A stretch of DNA of 60,000 bases from Lytechinus pictus (lineage: Eukaryota). Position 1 is the first letter of the stretch. Each line of letters starts with the position of its first letter. The notes beneath the pieces were generated by a model. The model had not been told where the DNA came from. It ran no database searches and worked only from the letters and a program-made list of their open reading frames with translations. Of this stretch, positions 51,488 to 60,000 are shown piece by piece. The stretch lies in NCBI RefSeq assembly GCF_037042905.1, contig NC_087263.1, forward strand, positions 8,620,001 to 8,680,000. The letters are read 5' to 3'. Position numbers and translations under genes: made by a program.

Positions 51488-54400
51488 CTGAAATTGCGGT
51501 CATCTCGAAATAAGGCTAGTTTGAGAATAAATAATTGAGGGGCCACTAAGAATCGCGATTTGAACGTGGAATATAATGAAATATTGATAAATGTATGAAT
51601 TGCAAATAAAAAGAGAAGGGTGATGAAGGTAGCACAAGGAGATTAAGAAGACTGCAGATTTCCATTGTTTTTTTTATTTTGGGGGGGGGAGGGGGTTAAC
51701 CCCTCCATTTTCCATCTGCTCTCTCTTCCCCCTCTCCCCCTATTTGACCTTACCATGGTCACTACCCCCTCCCAGCTGCCACTGTCTCCTACATCTCTCT
51801 CGCTGTCCCCTGCCCCCTTTTAATGTTTTCCACATCCCCCCCCCCCTTTCTGCCTCCTTTGTATAATGTTTTTTTCAAACTCAGGCTATCTTCTCTCCTC
51901 ACTCATCCCCGGTCCCGAATATCGATGTAAATACTTGATTGATTACTGCCCACTAATAGCTTTGCAGTAACCTACAGATGCGCTGACGTCATGCAGCTCG
52001 CCGCGATGAGCTAATTAAAACAGAGAATATTGCCGACGTCTGACTGTGCTTTTATGAATACAGAAGATTTTTGTTGATAGTGCCTCTCCGCATCACTGAT
52101 CTGCTGACCAATATTATTTTGTGACTTATCCGATGAGATCACTGTAGCCGTTATAAGCTGCATTATCGTGCATTATTAAAAAGCCAATCACAAACACAGA
52201 ACAGAGACCATTGAAAGACCACTGAAAGACTTAAAATTGGTTAGGTCCTACAGCTGTCTTCAAGATCCCTGAAATTTGTCATCGCTGTGGAATGGCTCAG
52301 AAAGACCCCTCAAAGAACTCTGAAAGACTGATGGATATTTATTGTCTTACTGGTCTTAGACTAGTCCTATACAGATCTTTCAATGGTCTTTCAGAGATCT
52401 TTTATGCAACAAGTGATCTTTCAGAATTCTTTCCATGGACTTTGCCTGGTCTTTCAATGATCTTTCAATGATCTTTCAAAGATCCCCCATGAATCTTACA
52501 GTGATCTCCTTAAAAATCGTGAGAGACTACCGAAAGACCATTTAAAGACCATTTTCCTGTAAGACCATTGTAAGACTGTTTTGAACCGTTTCAAAAAGTT
52601 TTGGAGCCCATGAAGACCACGGAGACCACTGAAAGATTTGTCAGGACTCGTGTAAGACCTCAAAGACCATTGTAGGTTCATTGAGAGACCTCTGAAAGAT
52701 CAACCAGAATGCATGGTCTTTCAGAGGTCTTTCAAAGGTCTTGTTCTCTGTGGAATGGGGGAGGAATAAACTTGAAAGTGACAAACGATTCCATAATTTT
52801 ATGAATATAGAGCAATACTATTTCTTCAACCTTTCCACATGGTTCGCTTTACTTGTATTGCTAATGACGAGACATTAAGAAAGCAAGATGGCGGCAAGTG
52901 TATCTTGTTTTTTCGATTAGTAAGTCGTTGAATTAATTGAAGTGGTTAAAAATTGATTTTGCATCCAAGGTCCACCGACTACTTGACGTACATCTCAAGG
53001 TACTTCTCTGGATACTTAATTTCAAAAAGTCGATTTATATAGATCATGTACTTTTTACGGTTACCATTTATATTTTAATTTTGCTGAATTCTTATTTACA
53101 TAATGATTTTTTTTTCAACTAGTGCACACCTAGTTAACAATAATGCATATAGCATTTCCATTTATTTGAAAGCAGGATAAAAGAGTATTGTAGATTAAAT
53201 GCCTTCTCACGGGCATAGGTGCCGCGGCCGGGTATCGAACCCCGGACTTTCCATGTATAGCCAGGCGCCTTAGATCACTCGGCCACGGCACCATAATGAT
53301 ACCACCGACATCACGATAAGGATTCATATCTATCCTTTCTTTGAATAAATCATGACTGTGCATTTAGGGTATTTTAATGCATGTTGCCCCAAGAGATATA
53401 AAACCTACTTTTTATTAAAACGATTTTCAGAATTACACCAAAAGGGTATACTATTTTTTTTTCGATTTTTACATTACAAACACTCGCCATGCGATTCAGT
53501 TCGATTGCTTTAAATCGCTCGTTCAGTTACATTATTTTATTCGTTATATTATTACGCTGAGCAAATGATTGTGCATAATATACATAAGATAATTATACAT
53601 TATCAGAATGTTTTACCCTGGAACCAATATACTTGATGTACGGACAATCAGGTCAATAATAACTTTATACCATGATTTGTAACATTACTAAGTAATTAAA
53701 CTTTCAAAGATGTAATGTAATAAGAAGTAGCATATAGGTCTATGTTATGTTGTAGACTGTGGCTCGTTCATTGAGAAGGGGGGGGGTCACCATTTGGGGA
53801 CACGTGTGTTTTGCTCTCGTGCAATGAAGATTTGTGAAAGGAGAAAGCAGTAGCGCTCGTTTTGATCCAAGTGTGTGTGTCAGAACCTCCACGTGTTTTA
53901 TAGAGTGTTTCCTTGACAACATGTACGCTGAACGTGAGTTTTGGCGGCATTTGAACAGACAAAAAGACATTTAAAGAAAGAGAAAGCTCCAATTTCATCA
54001 CGTGAAATTCGGAGTCCTTCTGCCCAACTCAAAACTGAATATAAGTGATGATTGCATCGACAAAATGAATTAAGGAGAAATGCTTGAACTGAATCATTCT
54101 TTATTCAGGTGATTGGTGATCAAAAGTAGCGATAACAATGACGTAATAACATAATAAGGTCAGCAAAAACTGGATGCAAGCGATTCAGCAAACCTTCTTT
54201 TATTTTGCTAAAGATATAGAAAAGCTGCTTCACCCCATACACTTTCCTTGACAATCAAAGGCAAATAATCATTTAATGTTTATCTCAATAATTCTGACAA
54301 AAATCGAGCAAACCCATGATATTCTAAATAATTTCGGGGGACGCTTCATGCTTAAAACTATCCAATGATAAAACAGGAAAAATAATGAGTTGATGGCAGC

Positions 54401-54631
54401 CTAAGTGGTCAATAATTTTGTGTTTATTTAAATTACATGAGCATAACATAAACTTTCATTACCCCCCCCCCCGACCCCTTTCCAGGAAAATTGTCAGGTT
54501 GCATAACTTCATTTATACTAACATATGATTAAAAAAATGCACCTTTTTAAATTTCATTTTTCATTTCAAATAAACATTTATTTTCCTCCACTTTACAAAA
54601 TTTCTTCATTATTGTTAACAAGAATTCGTAT

Positions 54632-57600
54632 GAAATCAATTTCCATGAAGAATATAAATATATACATCTTATGTGTACAGAGGAAGGCGTAGGTCCCTAG
54701 AAGCATATGCTTGTGGTGGGATACGCCTGTGGACATATTAATATATACAATACACAAAATACAATACAAAGATAAGAAGGGCTAGAAAAGAGAAGAGAAG
54801 GGAATAAAATGGGAAGAAAACGAGAGGGAGAAGTGAGCAGGAAGGCGGGCATGAGTTACCGAGTACCGAGCAAATAGAGCGTACAACAATGTATGATGGA
54901 GAGAGGGAGAGATAAAAAAATAATGCCGCAACAGTTGCACATTATTCATGTTAACTTAAGATCAAAATGAATATAAGGTATAAGGATATTCAAGCATAGG
55001 ATGATAAAATCATTTTTTTATCTTAAATTTTAAGCTAGTTGCTGACAAGGATTTTTTTATGTAGTCCGGAAGCTCATTCCATATTTTCGGGCCAGAATAA
55101 CGGATGTTGTGTTGAAAGATAATCTTTCTATGTTTAGGAATATATATTTCGTTATTTGTTCGGGTATCAAAATGATTTATATTTGATACATGCGTAAAGA
55201 AATTACGAAATTTTTCTGAAATTTGAGAATTTAAACACTTGTACATAAAATTACATTGCTGAAGTTTATTTATGTCGTTAATTTCAGCAGTTTCTGGGAA
55301 TGAAATAAAGATTTCGTGTCTGTTGGTGGTATGATGTCGTTCTCAGAAATTATACGCAGAATTTTATTTTGCAGGTAACATAATTTTTTATGATGGGTTT
55401 GGTATGTGTTAGCCCAGACCAAATGACAATAATAAAAATATGGCAGGATTAGAGAGCAATATAATGTACGTAGGACCGGTTTTGGAAGATAAAAGCTTAG
55501 GCGATATATAATTCCGATATTTTTCGCTACCTTGTTTTCAATTTCATTTATGTGATGTGACCAAGTTAAATTACTGTCAATGATAATACCAAGAAATTTC
55601 GTATTTTCAACTCTGGGAATAATTTGGTTATTAAGCCTAACTTCAACATGATTAAAATCTATATGCCTTGTAGAGTTGCGGAATATAATGAAATTGCATT
55701 TTTTATAATTGATTGTGAGTTTATTTGCACAGAACCATTTACAGACATTACTCAATTCGGTATTAACAGTTTCACACAAGTGATAAAGATTTTTATCAGA
55801 ATAAACTTTGTTTGTATCGTAAGCGTACATGATAAAGGAAAGAAGGTTTGATGAACGATATATGTCATTGATAAATAAAATGAATAAGAGCGGGCCAAGT
55901 AATGACCCCTGTGGAACTCCGCATGTAATAGTCCTTTATTCGGACTGAACATAATTATATAAGGTACATTGCTTACGATTTAAGAGGTAACTAGAGAAAA
56001 GATCAAGGGCAGTCCCGCGAATACCATAGTTATTTAGTTTTGATAAAAGTATTGTATGATCAATCGTGTCAAACGCTTTTGACAGGTCAATAAATATTCA
56101 AATCGCGAATGAATCGCGTTCAAAAGAGTCAATAATTTTATTAGTTAATTCAAAGAGAGCCAGTTCTGTTGAATGGTCACTACGGAAACCGTATCGAGAT
56201 TTAAAAAGACAATTATTTTTTTCAAGAAAGTTATAGGTCCTTTTATAAATAACCTTTTCCAATATTTTAGAAAAATAGAGAGGACTGATATGGTCCTGTA
56301 ATTATTAACCTGTTCTCTATTATCGGTTAAAAAATTGGAGAAATTCTTGCATTTTTCATTTTATCTGGTAATATCCCAGAGGCAAGTGATAGATTGAATA
56401 TATTACACAAAGGTTCGCTTATTAATTCGATTACAAGTTTGACAATCTTAGGAGAGCAATCATCTAGACCCGGGGCCTTGTTGTTACCAAAACGCATGAC
56501 AATATTACATATTTCACGTTAGGTTACCGGACTGAAAAACAATGATTTGGTTCAGAAAGATACGTTTATCTGTATAATTTTGAGGAGTGGTGTTAGCTAG
56601 CCTGGGACCTATTTCAACAACAAAATCATTAAAAGTATTTGCTATTTGGAGTGGGTCTGTCGATACACTTCCATCACAAACTAAAGAGTTGGGGTGGTTT
56701 TTCTTTTTTTATTCAATAATGATTTGATCAATTGCCACGTACGGTTTATATTATTTTTATATTCTTCAAATTTACATTTATAACATTTTTCTGCCTGTCG
56801 TTTCAGATAGTTAACGTTTTTAAGAGAGTCTTTGTATTTAATTTCGTTTCGAACTGTTGGTTTATGGATATATTTTTTATAAAGACTGTTTTTATAACGA
56901 ATAGATTGAAGCAAGCCATCGGTCATCCAGCATTTAAGTTTAATTTTCTTTCTAGATGTTTTTTTTCAATGGGAAATTGCTATCATACATTGCACGGAAT
57001 TTGGTTATGAATCTTTCATATGCTTGATTCGCATCTTGCATATCTAAAATGTCACCCCAATTTGAATTTTCAATTTCATTTTAAAATTTTGCAATATTTA
57101 CTGTCGTAAAAGCCCTACGAGGTACCGCGTGATCTTTCCATTTAATTTTAATAACATTCATGTCGGTTACCTGAAATATTGGTGAGTGATCTGACACGTC
57201 TGAGTATAACCTAAAGTATGTAAATCAAATTGATTAGTCAAAACATTATCTAAAAGGGTAGCACTTGTTTGTGTAATTCTGGTGGGCCGATGAATTAAAG
57301 GGAGAAAAAAATTACTAAAAAGACAGTTTACAAAGTTTTTAATTTGAGAACTAGAGTTATGCTTTAAAATATTTATATTTAGATCACCCATCAAAAATAT
57401 CCGTTTGTTTTCCTTGGAAAGACGAATCAAAAGGCCATCAAACTCCTCGATAAATTCATTAATGTCCAAAGACGGGGCTCTATACAAGGTTCCTACAATT
57501 GTATTTTTCCCTGCGCACTGTTCGAGTTCGACAAATAAAGAGTCACATGTTGTTTGGCTTAAATTGAGGTCATTGCGTTCTAAGAAATTAAAAGATTCAT

Positions 57601-58300
57601 GGACATACATTCCAACTCCACCGCCTCTGGAATATTTCCTATTGTTACAAACAAACGTGTAGTTGGGCATATTTACCAGGGGACTTTCGAATCTTAGCCA
57701 GGTTTCGGAAAGGGCAATTATATCAAATGTAAAGTCCAAAGAGTTAAGACAGGCTGTAATGTCATCAAAATAATTTAAAAGACTTCTAGCATTGAAGTGA
57801 ACGCTGGAAAATTTTCCACTGCTCGGAACATCTACATTCCCAAATATTTCATTGAATTCCTCAGAACTGTAGTATCGAGAGTTATTTGAACTTTCAGTAA
57901 AGAATTGGAAGTCAGGGTCAACATCATTGTTTTGGATAATACTTTCATGTGCTAAAAAAGGATCAAAATGTAAATGAGAAAGCCTGTCAAAATTGTTTTT
58001 TAGGGGTTCGTCAGCCGATATTAAATCATGAAGCTCATTGTCATTTAATTGGTTAAAAGGGAATAGGTGTTCAAAACAGCGTTTACAACAATAAAAATAA
58101 TCGTTCCAGTCATGATTTAGACATATTTGCTTACACATGTAACAATATATTTGATTATGTAACAAGTCTTGAAATTCTTGTATGGGTTCACCCATCATTA
58201 TCATGAGAATGCAACGTTTTATCATGTAGGAATTTACAACCTGACAGATACCTTTGACAACTATCATTAAGATTTTTTAGGTTGCATTTTATGTATATTG
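54632..58300 (-). mobile_element. Decayed CR1/L2-group (Crack-like) non-LTR retrotransposon, ORF2 = APE endonuclease + reverse transcriptase
   Basis: ORF 57167..58267 has a Cys-rich N-terminus and APE motifs (HFNARSL, IALSETWL, GGGVGMYV, MGDLN, PTR...LLDNV); RT pieces at 55000-56930 are broken by frameshifts and stops. Confidence 0.92.
57167..58267 (-). pseudogene. LINE ORF2 N-terminal part (apurinic-like endonuclease domain)
   Basis: 366-aa ORF with exonuclease-endonuclease-phosphatase motifs, frameshifted before the RT. Confidence 0.9.
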
Positions 58301-59188
58301 TAGATATGGCTTTCGGATAGATTACATAACAACATATGTGCATTGTTGTTGCATATTAAATGAGCACGAACAAAATTAGTATATTTTGAAAGTTAGTTGT
58401 ACGTCTATTGGTATACAAAGCAATATCACGCCCACTAGAAGGTTGGTAAAAGAGAATAATGTTGACAGAAAATGGAAAGTTATGTAAGAAGAAGAGTTAG
58501 CCCTTGTAATTAAATTAATTTGATAAAAATTAATAACATTGTGCGTCTTAATCCTACAACAAAATTCATCATATATAACACAAAAAGGAGCCATAGTAAG
58601 ACAAATGGAAATTAAGTGGATGCGTCTGCATCAAAAGTAATATCGTTTAGGCAGCAATTATTCAAAATAAGTAAAATAAAATATACGGCTTTCAATGCTT
58701 TCATTATTTTCCTTCTAAAGTTCGATTTGTAATCATATATGTATACGAATCGAAATAACATGTTACAATCTTCTTTGATTGTCTTGTCATAAAAAAGACA
58801 GGATTCCCTTTTGGGAAGTTAAGAGTAATTTAACAATATAAAACTTACATTTTCACGAGTATTTATCATTCTTTTTTCATTATAAGTTAAAATTAATATA
58901 TGCTGCGCCTGGATTAAAGGCAGCAAAGCATCACAAAAAGCAAAAAGGGTAGTGGTATACTGGCTGGTATTTGTATTATGAATGACTGGAATAAGATTAC
59001 CAGCCTACATGGCCTAAAGAAAAAAAAAACATATTTGCATTGAGTCCATTTAATTTACTTTTTTCTTTTTAAATATGCATGGAATATTTGGGCAAAGATA
59101 TAATTTATAAATTTATATTACAAAGTAATTAAGATTTGCTAGATACAAATTTTCACCAGCTGAAGTAAATAAAAAGAAGGCAACCCAA

Positions 59189-60000
59189 TTCTGTTTCATT
59201 GTGTACAAAATATCATTGGTTGGAGGCATACTTTCACCAAAAAGCGAGATATAAAATCCAGTATGCAAGCACAAAATGAGTATCAATTTGCTTGAGAAAA
59301 GCATAACAGAAAGATATTATTTTACAACTTTCTTATCCCATCTGTGGCTGTCTTTGTTGATGTTGTTATGATTATCAGCAGGGGAAAAAAAGAAAAAGAA
59401 AAAGAAAGCCTGTACATAGAGCCACAGGTGTAACATTGAATCATCACGACCACATCCAAAGCAATCATGCTAATTCCATGCTAAGGAATCAAGCAAAGGC
59501 CAAAGCTGTACAGCTGTTTCTCAGAATTGTATTTTTTAAATAAATTTATCATTTTATATTGTTTATTCTTCACATGTTTAATGAAAGGTCGTTTACTATG
59601 AAATACAGGGTAAATCTTCAATGTCAACAATACCGAGAAACAATTACCACAGAGCAACGGCCAAAGCTGTACAGATAAATCTAAGTGTGATTTTGTTCAA
59701 ACATCAGTAAACAATGGATCATTCAAAGTCAGCTCCACCTTCTGTTTCATGTGTACAAAATATGATTGGTTACAGACAAACTTAATCACCAGTAAGTGAA
59801 ATATAAAACCCGATATGCAAGCCAAAAAGGAATATGAATTTACCTTTTGGAAATATGGCCTTCTTTCTTTGAAATTTGATCGCTGATTTTATTTTTATGT
59901 TGTTATGGTTATTATCAACAGGAAAGAAACTTGTACATAGAGCCACAGGTGTAATGTAGAATCATCATGGTCACATCCAGAGCAATCATGCTGATTCCAT
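59189..60000 (+). repeat. Diverged direct repeat, period ~530-550 bp, running off the window end
   Basis: ttctgtttcat.gtgtacaaaatat.attggtt at 59189/59740; tgtacatagagccacaggtgtaa...agcaatcatgct.attccat at ~59411/~59932. Confidence 0.8.

Larger units (their letters stand above)
41540..56460 (+). repeat. Tandem triplication of a ~4.97 kb unit (41540-46510, 46511-51487, 51488-56460)
   Basis: Identical ORF sets recur at ~4.97 kb spacing; junction ggagagcaat|ctgaaattgcgg at 46510/46511 and 51487/51488. Confidence 0.97.

Noticed and set aside
59113..59304. 63-aa ORF with a hydrophobic N-terminus
   Set aside because: It lies in a diverged repeat and the second copy has no matching ORF in the track

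Overview
AT-rich animal genomic DNA, very probably sea urchin: the histone fragments match echinoid early histones (H2[17 protein letters not shown]3 KTELRFQ). No intact protein-coding gene is evident. The window is dominated by interspersed repeats: CACTG-ended MITEs with 2-bp TSDs, Harbinger-, hAT-, Tc1/mariner- and Kolobok-like non-autonomous elements, tRNA-derived SINEs, a probable solo LTR, and a decayed CR1/L2-group LINE. It also holds many microsatellites and several tandem duplications, the largest a near-identical triplication of a ~4.97 kb unit (41540-56460) whose breakpoint cuts the LINE ORF2. The most unusual feature is a ~1.35 kb scrambled histone mosaic (16202-17556). It contains at least seven short H2A, H4 and H3 coding fragments joined in both orientations, partly at microhomologies, and the same ~65-bp H2A segment forms an inverted repeat. 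Also notable are a CRE+TATA promoter-like site with a candidate non-coding first exon (31804-32513) and heat-shock elements upstream of a TATA in the putative LTR. All calls were made by eye, without database searches.
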